Of a DNA stretch of 64,000 bases, positions 1 through 13,479 are shown piece by piece. The DNA comes from Octopus vulgaris (lineage: Eukaryota). The stretch lies in the NCBI GenBank assembly GCA_951406725.2, contig OX597829.1, forward strand, positions 30,318,001 through 30,382,000, read 5' to 3'. The notes beneath the pieces are model-generated. The model had not been told where the DNA came from and searched no databases. It saw only the letters and a list, made by a program, of their open reading frames with translations. The position numbers and the translations under genes were made by a program. Every line of letters begins with the position of its first letter. Position 1 is the stretch's first letter.

Positions 1-391
1 GTTCTGTTTACTAAACAAATATAGCATTAAAAAAGAAATACCAAAATTACACTTATGTTTTGTTGTAATATTCAGCATATCCAGTTTCTGTAATGAGAAT
101 ACACTGAGACAGAATTGTAGTTAGAAATAACTTGATATATTTATCTTACCAAACTTTGTCTATATTGTTTTCCTATAAAATGTATTGCAAAAGTTAATTT
201 GGTCAGTTAAATGTCTACTTTTTGAGTTTACAGTTTATTGATCCTAAAAATATTCTTTTGGCATAAATAGAAGCAAATGTAGGAAATGTTAAGAAAAGTA
301 TTAAATTTAAAAGATAATTGGTTAATTCTTTTACATATGGATAAATTTGATTTAGAAAGTGATATATAGATGATTTTTTTTATTATTATAG

Positions 392-523
<132 letters not shown>

Positions 524-929
524 TAAGATTTTGTTTTTATTGAATTTATTCTAAAGAAATCAACATTTCAGTTGACATTTATACATAGATCTTTTTGTTG
601 CTATTTTTCATATTTTTCATCTTAATAGTTAAATTTGTTAATTGACTGAAATCCAAAATAATTGTTTACATACCTGTTAATTTTTTTTATAACACAACAT
701 CAGTGTTCATTTTGTAAATGTTAACATTTGAATAACAACTAAAATTTACCTAAAAAGGAAATAGGACTCTACAACTATTTGAGAAAGGACTGTACTCTGC
801 ATGCAAAGAAGGTATAAATAGAAATTGTAAATGATGTATTCAGTATAAACTATGGATGCACAAGGGGCTGGTTGACATAAGGCAGGCTTTGTGCATTTCC
901 TATGCACTGGAGTAGTTAACAGTGAAGAT

Positions 930-1270
930 GCATGTGATACATTCCTTCAAATGCACAGAAGACTTCCTAGAAATAGTTGATAGCTTTTATTACCTGTTTG
1001 ACTTAATAAGCAATGGTGGATGCATGTGTTTCAAGAGCATAGTGGTGAGAGTGAGAATAGGTTGGAAAAAGTTAAGGGAACTACTGTGTTATGCTATGTG
1101 GTAGCATGAGATGGGTGGAGTGTATACTCTTCTGGATACATAATCTTGGTGCGTATGAATGATGGTGCATAAATGAACTGAAAAAAGTTAGAGCAGTCAA
1201 GTATTGTATGAAGAGGGAAGACTATGCTGAGACAGGTTGTACTGGATTACATGTTGCAGGTAACACTTAG
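930..1270 (+). mobile_element. RTE-clade LINE 3' fragment (decayed)
   Basis: LEIVDSFYYL...SIVVRVRIGWKKLREL, typical of the post-RT region of RTE elements; a better-preserved copy lies at 29200-29570. Confidence 0.6.
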
Positions 1271-1484
1271 AGCAACTGTGAAAGCTTATATAAATCTCCG
1301 AGTTTTTTTTTCAGTAGAAATCTTATACTTTATAAGGTTATAATTTGTTTACTATGGCATTGAGATGTCTTTTTATTTCAAGTAGCATTCAATATGTGTA
1401 GATTATAACTTCATTTCCCTCATTATCAATTATAAATTTTCAATTAGTGACTGACAATCAGGAGAAAATTGTAAAATCAATTAC

Positions 1485-1840
1485 ATGGTTGTGTGGTTAA
1501 GTTTGTTTGTCAACCACATGGTTTTGGGTTCAATTTCTCTGTGAAGCACCTTGAACTTATGTTCTCTACTATGGCTCCAGGCTAAGTCTTGTAAGTGGAT
1601 TTGGTAGACAGAAACTGAAAGGAGTATTCATGTGTGTATGACTGCCTAAAACAAGTATCACCATCATACAACCAGTGTTCTTTTGTTTCCATTCTTCTAT
1701 GAAAACATATCTGAGAAATATTACCTAACTTAAAAAATAGGTGAGGATTGGTAACAGGGAAGGCATCCATAGGAAATCTGTTTCAACGAATTCTGTCTGA
1801 ACCATGCAAGCAAGGAAAAAGTGGACATTAAATGATGATA
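1485..1840 (+). mobile_element. tRNA-derived SINE with RTE-like (tga)n tail
   Basis: Head ggttgtgtggttaag...gggttcaatt (A/B-box like), body gtggatttggtagacagaaactgaaag, tail ggacattaaatgatgat; this family recurs many times in the window. Confidence 0.7.
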
Positions 1841-3559
1841 ATGTGAAATGCAAGTGGCAAAATGGCGATAAGCCTATTTAAAAAGAGGATGGATTAAGTT
1901 TGCATTGTAGCATAGTGTGTGGAAAGTATAGCTGTGGTGTTCAAAAGTTGTTGTGAAGCAGCTAATCCTTTTTGTATTTACATTTTTAACTTTACTTGAA
2001 ACAATTACAGATTGCACAAATTGTAGAATTTCATGAAATGCTTACAATAAAAGAATAGCAAACATTTTGTGTTGACAGCATAAAATTAACAGCAATTAAG
2101 AAATAACAACGATCAATAATTGGTAGTTGCTTATCTAAATGTTTTGAACTTGGAACAAACTTTAAACATAAATCCATTTAGAAAACAGAATAGAGGTGTA
2201 CATGTTTGACAGAAAATGGAACTCAGTAATTTGTAATATCATTTATAGCATGTTACTGTAAATTGAAATTTGGTTGGTAGGATTGATAAATTATTAGTAA
2301 TACAGTGAAATTGACTGATGAGCTTGATTAGCTACAGTTTACCTCTTGCTTGCTTGCTGGCTGAGTCTGGAGGAAGATACACTGTTTTCCAAGACCAGGC
2401 AGCTTGATGCCATTAATGTGCCATTGAAACAAACTGTTGCAGGTCACCATCTACAGGAAATCCCAAAGGAGAAATTCCTGAGGCTTTATGTTCAAGGGAG
2501 GAAGTATTTACTGAGTATAGTGGTTAGTGTAGGATGAAGAGTGAATTGGGGTGGGGGCTGGACTCAACAAGGGAGATGAGTGGGTCTTTAAAAACATTTT
2601 AGATTAGTTATTTGAATTTTAATTTTGTTAATAAATTTGATATTTCTTTGATTCGGTTGTGAAATTTAGGTATTGAGATTTTATTAAAAATGTGCAATTT
2701 TCATCTTGATGTGAAAACTAGAAAAATAATGAAAATTTAACAGTAATATCGGGATTTGCTGAATCAATTGTATGGAAGTATTCTAAAATGTATAAAAGCT
2801 AACAAAAGAAATGAAACCTTGTTGATCGAGACTGAGATATCTTTCTCAAGCTCTATTATTTCAAGGTAATAGATCTGACTCTTAAGCCTCATTTTGCTCT
2901 ATTTATTGACTAATATCTTTCGTAAAATATTGTTATTGTTTCCTACTTTACCTGTAAAGAACTGGAATTGATTCACTTATGTTAGCTGATACTTGTATTA
3001 GCAATATTAAAAATGTAAATTAATAAATTCTCTTCTAAAAGTGTAGTGTTGTAGAATAGTGAACTTGGAGGAGCATGAATGTATGTTTGTTCATTAAATG
3101 AGGTGTGTGATAGTTCAGATCCATTTTGGTGTGCATCATCAACACGGTAAATATATCCGAGTGACACATGGATAAAAAGAGGCATTCTTGAAAAAAACAA
3201 CTAAAACAACGAACAACAGCAATGTGCTTCTTTGAAGGGAAGGAAGGAAAATTACATTTTGGAGAGTTGTCAAGAAGAAAAAATGTCTTCAAAAGGTGGG
3301 TGGAAAAAATGATGTGATGTTAATTAAGATTGTTAGCGGCGTTATTGTGAATGTGACCAGTGATTTGTGATGGGCAAGAAATAAACATTAGGTGGTTTTC
3401 AACAAGAGTGAATTAAGTAAGATGGGGGTGGATGAGAGAATGCTTGAAGGGTATGCAAGAAATTGCCTGTTGTATATGAAATGTTTGTGTGTGTAGGTTT
3501 GAGAAATTCTGAGTTTGTATTTTTTTGTGTGTACATATGTATGGAGGAGTTAAGAGTTG

Positions 3560-4550
3560 CTTAAGTGGCTATGAGCTCCAAAATGGGATTCAACTACTCC
3601 AACCTGTCCTTTGGTTACCTTCAGGCCCAAATCTTTACTAATTTCACCAGCACTACCAGAGCTGTATGGTTGCCACATCAAAACCATATCACCACCATCT
3701 TCTTTCCTGCAAATAGTTATTTAGTTCCTTCCAACCTGCATTATATTTCACCTTTTTCTCTAACAGTGCTATCAACTTCCTTTGCATTTCCATCTGTTGA
3801 CCTGTTCCCCACTATCCCCAATGATTCAACAATCTCTCCACCTGTATCTTCAACAATTCTACCAACTTCCTCCTCATCTCACTCCACTTTGACCAAATCA
3901 GCTATCCTCCTACTCAAACTCCCTCCCTTGTCCCCTATATCTGACATTGAGTTTGAGGTCAAGTCCCACTAAATAATTCAACTCCTATAATATGGAAGTC
4001 GAATCAGTCAAACCAGCCATTGACTCTGCTTATCTTCATGTCCTCTATGTTGACTGCACCTCTTCCCATCTGTTACATCACCAACCCCTGTCCCTTTTCT
4101 CTTACTTTCCATCTCACCACTTCATCATTCCAGCATATAATTTTGCTACTACTTTCTTGAGTACTCTCCTCCTCTTTTAAACCTTCTAGCCCACAGTTCT
4201 TTTGTCCCTCTCCACATTCAACATCTTCCTTTTATTACTCCTGCTATAAACATCTCTTTCATCCCTAGTTCTAAGGTATATGTCATCTGCACTTCTCAAA
4301 ATGTCATTTACTGTATAAAATGCCAACTATGGCTTATTGTATACATGCAAGTCCAATCATTGATCAGCTGATTGCTTTTAGTGGGTATTTAGACATCCAA
4401 TGAAATAGCACTGAATCATAAATGCCTATTGTTCATCACTTCAATTCTTCAGGCCATTTTCATCTACATTTTACTGTCTTCTGTCTTATACTTGGGAGCA
4501 ACAATTTATCTTCTGCTTGAACAGTGTTGCTCTAAAACCTAAACACCTTT
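3560..4550 (+). mobile_element. Penelope-like element remnant (RT + GIY-YIG)
   Basis: VAMSSKMGFNYSNLSFGY resembles the PLE RT motif GVAMGSKMGPxYANLF; at about 4280 ICTSQNVIYCIKC resembles the GIY-YIG motif. Confidence 0.65.
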
Positions 4551-5754
4551 CACACACACACTAATAAATGCCCACATATGTAGTACACATGTGCGCGTGT
4601 GCATACACACACACACACACACACTAGTAGTAAGAAAGCTGCTGAGCTGAAGTGTAGTGTAACAGTTGAAGAAAGTAACTGAGAGGGACTAAATAGGAAA
4701 GAAAAGATAGTGGGTGTAGTTAGTGTGATGGAGGATGGTGCTACCTAGGGTGATAATAAGCTGGTCAGGATACTTTGATAGAAGTTTGGTGGGGCAGTTG
4801 CAGGGGTGTTGGACTTACGGATCTGTGAGGAAGTACGTAGTATGCGGATCGGACTGGTGGTTGTGGGAGGAAGGGAAGGATAAGTCATGAATTGATGAGC
4901 ACAAATTGGTTGTGGATGGAGTGAATGTATGATCTAAGAACAATTTAAGTAGGAAGGCAGGTGAGTTTTAAGGAGTTATCAAAGTGCTTGGCCTTGTAGA
5001 GGTCAGACTGCTGCCATCTTTATTGGTGATTTGACAGTGGTGTCATGTTGGTGTTGGAAGTAGCAACAAGAAAATGCTAAATGCTTCAAGATTATAATAT
5101 CAACTGCATAGCATCACAGACTGGTGAACTGTCCTAAGTTGAGTGTCCATTGATGGGTTAAGTTTGTCCAATATGAGAACTTTGTATGAAACAAGAACCA
5201 TTCAGAGTCACTCTGCATCTGAAATTCATTTGCAGATGGAGTGAGGGGTATGGAGATCCCTATCAAAGATTCAACTGTGGAGAATGGTAGATGAAATATA
5301 GTCACAACCATGTATGTTGCAATGAATGTAAGGGTAGTAGGGGTTAGTTTGGTGAGCTGGTGTAACATGAGTTTTGGAGTGTGCTAGAGGTCAAAATTTG
5401 ATTGAGTGGAATGGGCAGTAGGTTGGAAGGAAGTATAAAATGAGTCAGGATTGATACATTTTGAAGTCCAGTGAGGTGCTGGGAATAAGTCAAGCTGATT
5501 ATGGCACTCATGAAAACAGTATTAGTTAATGAGAATTAGTTCTGTGGAGTTGGCAGAGTAAGTAGTAGTATTAAAACAGATGGAAACTCTGAAGAATAAG
5601 ATTGTTAATGATCAAGGAAAATGATATGGTTGGAAAACTACATTTTGGAAAAGAGCAAAGAATAATTCCATTTTGATAATCTGGGTTTGGTGTACATAAG
5701 TACAATAAAAGGTGATAAATATTTATAGTTAACAATACACTTTGTGTGTACATA

Positions 5755-5817
<63 letters not shown>

Positions 5818-5956
5818 ATGTGAGTACACACACACACAGTGTATTGTAAGCTATAAAGCTGTGGATATACGGAACTAAGCAACAGGTGCTACTTGCATGA
5901 TGCAAACTGTTAACTGATATTGTTAGAACAACTTTCTGAAATGTGAACATATCTGA

Positions 5957-6124
<168 letters not shown>

Positions 6125-6699
6125 TAAGTTTAATTTTAAAACTTTTGATTTTAGATTTAAAAAAATTTTTCAAATCAGCTTTACCATTTATTTTAATGTC
6201 CAGTTTTCCATTACCAATTTACATTGGACTGGTTTGCAGGACATCATGTTTCCATTTTGGCCCTGCATACCAAGAATTGACTTGTCCATCTTTGGTCGTT
6301 CATTGTCAGTGTATATTTTTGAATAAATGTTTTAATTACTAAGTGATTTAATAATAACAGTGAGCTTATTGTATACAGTGTTCAGGTGCGCTACAACTCT
6401 CAGGAAAGGTTAAAGAAAGAAACAGAAAGCAGATATAAATAAAATAAAAAAAAGACAGTGAAAGCTAGAAGTACATGCAGAGTATATAGAATAAAACACA
6501 AAAAGAAAGAAAAGTGAACGGTAAAAGAGTGCATAGGCATGTCGGGGTTGCAAAGTTCTTGAGAATGATAAGTTTTGAAGGAAGCAATGTCTTGATAGCT
6601 AATAGCTGATGTGGGTAGTTTACTTTATATTTGACAATTCTTAGTCTCAAGAAATGTTTCTGAAAATTAGAGATGCTGTGCTGTTTTTTCATTTTGTAA

Positions 6700-7130
6700 G
6701 TATATCCATGAGTGGTAGAAACATTGAATTCAGAAAGGTGACCAAAGTCATTGAAAGACCGCTTGTGAGCTTCCACAAAGCCACTGTTTGACATCATATC
6801 TATAGTGTGTCACTGCCCGGAGAAGCAATATGTTCCAAGATATGGTAACTGACAGAGGGTGCACATCTCTGGATAGCTGCTAGCTAATTGATATTCTGGA
6901 CAAGATAAGGTTCCAGACTGGAGATGCATACTGTAAGTGTGAATGTACTACAACCATAGATAGCTGGTGAGTGACTGACAAAAGTCTTACTGTGTGATAA
7001 GATACCTTTGGCTTTTTTGATGATTTTAGAAATGTGATTTGTCCACTGCAGATTATTAACAATAATGCCCAAATCATGCTCTTTAGCAGACTTGTAGGAG
7101 AAACCTTAGTTATCTCCTATTTTATTAAAT
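6700..7130 (-). mobile_element. CR1/L2-group LINE 3' fragment
   Basis: GIIVNNLQWTNHISKIIKKAKGIL and HLQYASPVWN, characteristic CR1-group post-RT motifs. Confidence 0.7.
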
Positions 7131-7531
7131 ATTAAAAATAGTGTTCATTCTTTTAAAGTTTATCCAATTTGAAAATAGGTACCAGTCATGTATATTTAAA
7201 AGTATTGTGCCATGACTTTTAGAAATATATAGGAAATATATTTATTCTTTGTACACATCTAAATGTCCAAGTCAATTTAAAAATCAGAGGAATTGGTTTT
7301 TCTTTTATGAGAGTGGGATTATATTGAGTAAATGTTAATTTTGTGGGCTGTAAATTTTATTTTGAACTTCCAGCTATTGTTTCGAACCCTGTTGAATATC
7401 TTATGATCAATATATTAAAAACAAATTTTCGTTGGATATGTATTTTGTTTCTTAAATGAAAATATATAGTATTTTGTATTTAAACTATTTTTAAAGATGT
7501 AGTAAAATGTTTTCTATTTTAAATTTTTCAG

Positions 7532-7694
7532 TATTATTAACGGGTTTGCTTTGCCTTTAAAAGAAGAACATAAAGTATTCTTACTCAAAGTATTATTACC
7601 TCTTCATAAAGTTAAGTCTTTGAGTGTATATCACCCCCAGCTAGCATATTGTGTGGTCCAATTTCTTGAAAAGGATCCTAGTTTAACAGAACCG
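7532..7694 (+). CDS. PPP2R5D: B56 exon C
   Basis: cag|...ccg|gtgagt, 163 nt; [54 protein letters not shown]. Confidence 0.97.
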
Positions 7695-7790
7695 GTGAGT
7701 GCTTTCATTTTAACTTTTTTTTTATAATAAGTGTTGGAAATTATATAATAACTATCTAATGTTAACTTTTTGTTTTATCTTAAATTTCAG

Positions 7791-7841
7791 GTGATAATGA
7801 CATTATTGAAATTTTGGCCAAAAGTCCACAGTCCTAAAGAA
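7791..7841 (+). CDS. PPP2R5D: B56 exon D
   Basis: cag|...gaa|gtaagt, 51 nt; VIMTLLKFWPKVHSPKE. Confidence 0.96.
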
Positions 7842-8589
7842 GTAAGTCCTGTTTTTGTTTTCTTTGTCTTTCTTTTGTTGATTTTGGCAGAACGTACAGA
7901 GCCCATGACTTACGAGCTTTCCAAGACTGGTAAAATTGATGCTGTTAAAGTTCCGTTTACTGTTGCAGGGAGGAAAATCCAGAGAGGTGATGTTCTGAGG
8001 AAGAAGGATAGTGATTAGTATGGTGAAAGAGAGGTTGGATGCACCAAGGGTAATGGGAGGTGGAAAGATGAGCATGTTGGGTGTTCTTGAATGGTGGCAG
8101 TTTGAAATCAGGCAGTTCTGAGAAGTAAAGGGCATTATAGTGGCTATAGAAAATACAGAGTGCAGATACACTATGTCTCTAGGCCAGAGGTTGGAACCTG
8201 CTGCTACCAAGGGAATGCAGTCCCTGAATTTTGCCTTGAATATTAGTGTGCGTTGCAGCAGCAGCACTATCCTAGAGGTGGGTGCAGTACTCCATAGAGT
8301 GTTTAATAGTACCTTGGAGGATTAGTCTGCAACTTTTGAATCTTCTTTTTTGTGTATTGTGATCTTAAATATATTTGATTGTAGTGTCATCAGCATAAAT
8401 ACTGAGGGTGAGAAATGTCTGGAGAATGTTTACTATTGTGAAGTTAGGTATTTGCCATTCTTGGTAGTTGTTTCTTTTGAGACTTACAAATTTAGTTTTA
8501 ATGGGTTATTTTTGTTTGTTTAGAGATATATTTAAAAACTTTACTGATATCTTCTGTTACCTATTATAGTGAGAAATTACAAAAAAAAC

Positions 8590-9720
8590 AAGACAAATAT
8601 TGGTGTGTAAACAACAAAAAAAGATGTATTAGTTTAACGCTCGGGAAGTGAGGAAGTCTTTTACATTTCGAGCCTATGCTCTTCGACAGAAAGGTACACA
8701 GAAATAAACAGGATGAGAAAATAAAAAAAAAGGTTTAGTGGCTAGTGATCTATCATGGTGAATGCCAGACAGAGGGGTCACACAGGAGAGCATGGAAAAA
8801 GGGGGGATAATAAAGTAGTGGTAATCCCAAAATGGTGTGTGTGGAAAGGGGCTGGTGACATTGATGTGTGCATGTGTAAGAATGTGGATGATGGTGTAGG
8901 TACTGGGAAGTAGTCAGTGCTAGTGTGTGCAGGGTGGGGTGGGGGTGGGATGGGGGAGTTGGAATGTGTAGAGGTGGGGTAACAAGGGAGAGGGCGGAAG
9001 GGAGTAGGTAGGTAGGAATTAAGAGAGGAAGTAGGTGCTAGAGCAAGAGAGGAGTGGTGGATGGAAGTAGGTGTGAGAGGAGAGAGGAGGGTTAGATGAA
9101 GAGGGGAGGAGAGTTGAGCCCATGTGGCACAAAGGAGCGAAGAGAGAAGATTAATCCCTGCTCGCGTGCAAGGACAATCCAAACACAGACAAGTGTTGTA
9201 AAGAGTGACTGGTAGACCGGAAATAGCACGTGACCAGGGTGTCATTGCCGAGTCAGCAATAGCACTCTGGCATCTTCTTTGACTAATGTATAGAGAAGGG
9301 CTGAGAGAGCAGGAGATGCAGTAGATGACGGTGCTAGAAGTGCAGGTGAAGGAGTTGGTGATATGATAGGGTCAATGATGGGTGCCAGTGAGGAGGGTGG
9401 TGTTGGAGAGGTAAGGGCAAGTGTGGTAGCGTGGGTGGGAGCAAGGGAACGAGCCAGGTTGGGAAGTTGGGTTAAGGAAGAAGCTGTGAACCAAGAAGTC
9501 TTGTAGGTTGTGAGTTCATTTGAAGGAGGGGAGGGGTCAGACTGGAGTCACTGGAAGGCTCAGAGAGTGGTGTATTGGAGAGGTGGGGTGGTTGGTGAGG
9601 GGAAACGGGTGACAGGGCACGTGCGGGGGAGAGAGCAGATGCATGGTCAACAGAATGTGCTCTGGCAAGGGTGGTGCGTATATTGGTGAGGGATCTATTA
9701 TAGTGTGCAGTGGGCATCTT
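8590..9720 (-). mobile_element. Penelope-like element 3' portion (GIY-YIG endonuclease, pyrimidine-rich UTR, pseudo-LTR with hammerhead)
   Basis: Minus strand 9300-9470 reads PGSFPCSHPRYHTCP...HITNSFTCTSSTVIYCISCSLSPSLYISQ (PLE Cys linker + GIY-YIG); hammerhead-like motif at 8658-8693. Confidence 0.85.
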
Positions 9721-10307
9721 TGTTATATGTAAAGATTGAAAGCCATTTTAGGTGATAGAAATGACATCTTTGTAACAAAATATTCCTATCCTACTTATCA
9801 CAATATTTTGGACGGCATACAGAATGAGCATGTAGCAGATATAGATGAGTTTTAATACTTTGTACACTAAAATGATGCTAGATCAAGACATGGAACACTG
9901 CAAGAAAAATTAAACCTGAGATTTCTGGTTTCAAATTTTTTTTTTTTATAATTAATAGAAATATTTTCTTCATGCTATTATTAATAATATGATGACAATT
10001 TCCCCCTGTTCCCCTGCGTATATAACAACTCTTCTAAATTTTATCATTTTGTATTTTAAAAAAATTCATTGTGGCTATGAACATTAGCTTGGTATCTAAC
10101 TGGCAATGTTCAAAATGGATGGCATCATCCGTAGCCCGGATAGTGTGTTTTTCACATGCATTGTCTATAATGAGAATTTTTTCACAATTTCTGCAATGTT
10201 TGTCTTTCCAAGTTCAAGTGTACACAAACATGTTAAATATGGTTGTATACACTTATTCCATTCAACGCTACTTAATGCACCTCTAAGTAATTATTATTAT
10301 TATTATT

Positions 10308-10800
10308 ATGGTGAGCTGGCAGAATCATTAGCATGCTAGATGAAATGCTGAGTGGTATTTTGCCTATCGCTGTATTCTGAGTTCAAATTCCGCCTAGGTC
10401 GACTTTGCCTTTCATCCTTTTGGGGGTCGATAAATTAAGTACCAGTTGAACACTGGGGTCAGTGTAATTGACTCATCCCCTCCCCTAAGATTGCTTACCC
10501 TTTTGGCAAAATTTGAAACCATTATTATTATTATCAAAGCAGTGAGCAGCATCATGATGTTAGATAAAACGCTTGTTCTTTATGTTCTGAGTTCAAATTC
10601 CGTGTAGGTCAACTTTGCATTTCATCCTTTTGGGGTCAATAAAATAAGTATCAGCTGAGCACTGGGGCTGATGTAGTCAACTACCCACCTCTCCCTAAAA
10701 TGGTGTTAAGTTTGAAATACTATTATTATTTCAAAGATCAACTTTGCCATTCATCCTTTTAGGGTTGATAAAATAAGTACCAGTCTTCTCAAAATTTCAG
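10308..10800 (+). mobile_element. Tandem tRNA-derived SINE copies with a Deu/Nin-like central domain
   Basis: ggtgagctggcagaatcattagca...gagttcaaattcc...gtcgactttgcctttcatccttttggggtcgataaa; two near-full copies plus one partial. Confidence 0.8.
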
Positions 10801-10896
10801 GCCTTATGCCTGTTTCCATGCTAATATTTTTCATTAAGTATTAAAACAAAAATGTTATGGAAATACAAAATAAACTTAAATTTGATTCTATTGTAG

Positions 10897-11016
10897 GTCA
10901 TGTTTTTGAACGAATTAGAGGAAATTCTGGATGTCATTGAGCCTGGAGAGTTTGTAAAAGTTGTACAGCCATTATTTAGACAATTGTCAAAATGTGTTTC
11001 TAGTCCTCATTTTCAG
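10897..11016 (+). CDS. PPP2R5D: B56 exon E
   Basis: tag|...cag|gttagt, 120 nt; [40 protein letters not shown]. Confidence 0.97.
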
Positions 11017-11129
11017 GTTAGTAGTAATAATTTTTTTAATAGAAATGCATTGCAAAGAAATTATGATTTCTGTTTAAATTATTAGAATGGATTGTATAAG
11101 TAACATCTTATCTCTTAATTTTTGTCTAG

Positions 11130-11254
11130 GTTGCTGAAAGAGCCTTGTACTTTTGGAACAATGAGTACATCTTAAGTTTGATTAATGAAAATGTGGCTGT
11201 TATTCTCCCTATTATGTTTCCAGCACTTTATATGAGTAAAGAACATTGGAATAA
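11130..11254 (+). CDS. PPP2R5D: B56 exon F
   Basis: tag|...aa|gtaagt, 125 nt; [41 protein letters not shown](K). Confidence 0.97.
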
Positions 11255-12395
11255 GTAAGTTACAGCGATTTTTCTGTTTATCTTTTCTATTTTTAAAAAT
11301 TTATATAACTATTTAAGAGAGAGAGTTAAATCTTCTATCCTGTTTTAAGAAAATAGTTCTTAAAAAATTGTGCATTTTTATCAACTCTCAAAATTTTAAG
11401 GGTTTTTTTAAGGAATTTTTAAACATAACTTTATGACATAGTACTTTACATATGTTTTCAGTGTGATACTTTAAGCATTAGTTTTTCCACATGGTATTTC
11501 AAATGTTCCTTACTTTTCTACAGACAACTTTAAAAGTTGTTTTTGTTTGTTCTGTACAGTTGGTTAGCCTTCTTGTTTTGTTTTTGTTTACCTGTATATT
11601 CTTTTGTTATAGTTTAATCCCAGGTAAGTTCTGAACCTAGTGGTTATGGACACCTTTTTTCTGCATCTTTATAGTACAACAAAATGTTATGGCTTTGCTC
11701 AACAAATTAAGGTTTATATTTCAGATGGAGTGCAGTGTAAACACTCTGTTTATGTTGGGAGGTTCAGTTTATGTGGTATACATAAATATAAGTTCTCATG
11801 GGGACTGAAATTAGTTTCTTTGATTTATTCTTTTTGTTTAATTAGATTTAAAATGCAGTTTTCTAGGCGGGTCAGTATTATGCTGAAAAACACAAATACA
11901 TCTGTAGCTGATGAAAATTGCCTCTGGCTTTTGTCAGTAGCATGTACCCACTGCCAACCACATGCTATGACAAAATTCATACAGGAAAACAGTGATTGAA
12001 AAGTTAGTGTTGCAAATAGCCACCCAAAATGGATATCAGTTTTAGTTTCAGTCACTCTCTCTCTCTACAAATTTTGCTCTTCTGTAAATCAATGACACTG
12101 ATGTTTTATAGATATTTAAGTATTTAAATTATGACATTTGGTGCTGTATAATATCAATGAAATATGTAGACAGCAGGTGTCGTTATCTGGTCTTAATTAG
12201 GTCTACAATTTAATGCAGAATTTAACATTATAGCAATGTTACTATTCTCTTCTGGAAGAAATTTGGTTCAATTTTCCATTGTTCATTTTAAATTAATTGA
12301 AGTTTATTTTATCAGTAAAATCATTTTTTCATAAAGCCTGTACTTTATTAGTCAAGTTTTATTATTAATGAAATGTCTTTTTAATTTTCTGTTAG

Positions 12396-12497
12396 AACAA
12401 TCCATGGTTTGATATATAATGCATTAAAATTGTTCATGGAAATTAATCAGAAATTATTTGATGAGTGCACCATTCAGTATAAAGCAGAGCGACAGAA
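12396..12497 (+). CDS. PPP2R5D: B56 exon G
   Basis: tag|...aa|gtaagt, 102 nt; [33 protein letters not shown](K). Confidence 0.97.
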
Positions 12498-13479
12498 GTA
12501 AGTATATTTTTCCAAATATTTAAACGTTTCTATGAGGATTTTAATTTAATTTTAATTTGCAGTCCTTGATTTTCATGACAACTCTTCAAAGCATCGTATT
12601 TTATCTGTCTAAATTCCGCTATAATTAAACAATGCCAAAGAGATATCTTTAGAGGGAAATATTTCTTAAAATTCTTATGAAGAAAATATTTAAATTGTGA
12701 TATTTGTATAGATTAACATTTAAAATGGATTTTTTCTTCAGAATTTTGTCTTAAAAATGTAAATCAGTTAATGATATCCCCCCACCTTCCCATCACACAC
12801 TCACACATATAATGTGCGTGTAAAGGTTTTTTGTAAATTACATCAATTAACTCAATGTCATGATTCTGAAAAGAAATAGTAAAATTAAGGAATATAAGCA
12901 TGATAGAATGTTCAGGAATTGGAAGTTAAAGAATTGTTGAAATGTCATTTGCTATTTGATGTTGCTAAGTTTAAGAGCATTTCCAAACACTAAAATGATT
13001 GATCACTGATATGACCATCAGGTTGATAACTGATGTTGATCATCTGCAGTATAACAGAAATTGTCATCATGTTCTTTTGTTACCTACATTCCTAAACCAG
13101 GGAAATATTCAACCAGCTATAACAAGCAGTAATGATAGATTTCTTTTCAAAGATGAGCTGATTTCTCCAAGTATGATGTTATACCTCTGTATGCAGCAGT
13201 GACTGAACACAGATGATGTCTTAATATCTGAACCATAGCAAAAACAATCTAATACAAACACACAACAGTTCCAACTGTATTGTATCACCGTTTATTCTCT
13301 CTTTGACTCTGTGGTTGAGTTACATTTAATGCCTTATATTATTTAGCTTAGAAAGTCTGCATTCAATTTGTTGGTAACTTCGCTGACTGGCAGAAGTGAA
13401 ATAGCTATTCAGTTACTTGGAAAATACTGTGATTAACATAAGTTGTTATTGAAACAGTTGCTTAAACACTACTGCTGCT

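Noticed and set aside
2315-2345. CTGATGA followed by a small hairpin
   Set aside because: No GAAA follows the hairpin, so it is neither a hammerhead nor a supported C/D snoRNA.
4770-5560. Possible further Penelope-like fragment (also 7880-8340)
   Set aside because: The composition is suggestive, but the motifs are too decayed to call by eye.
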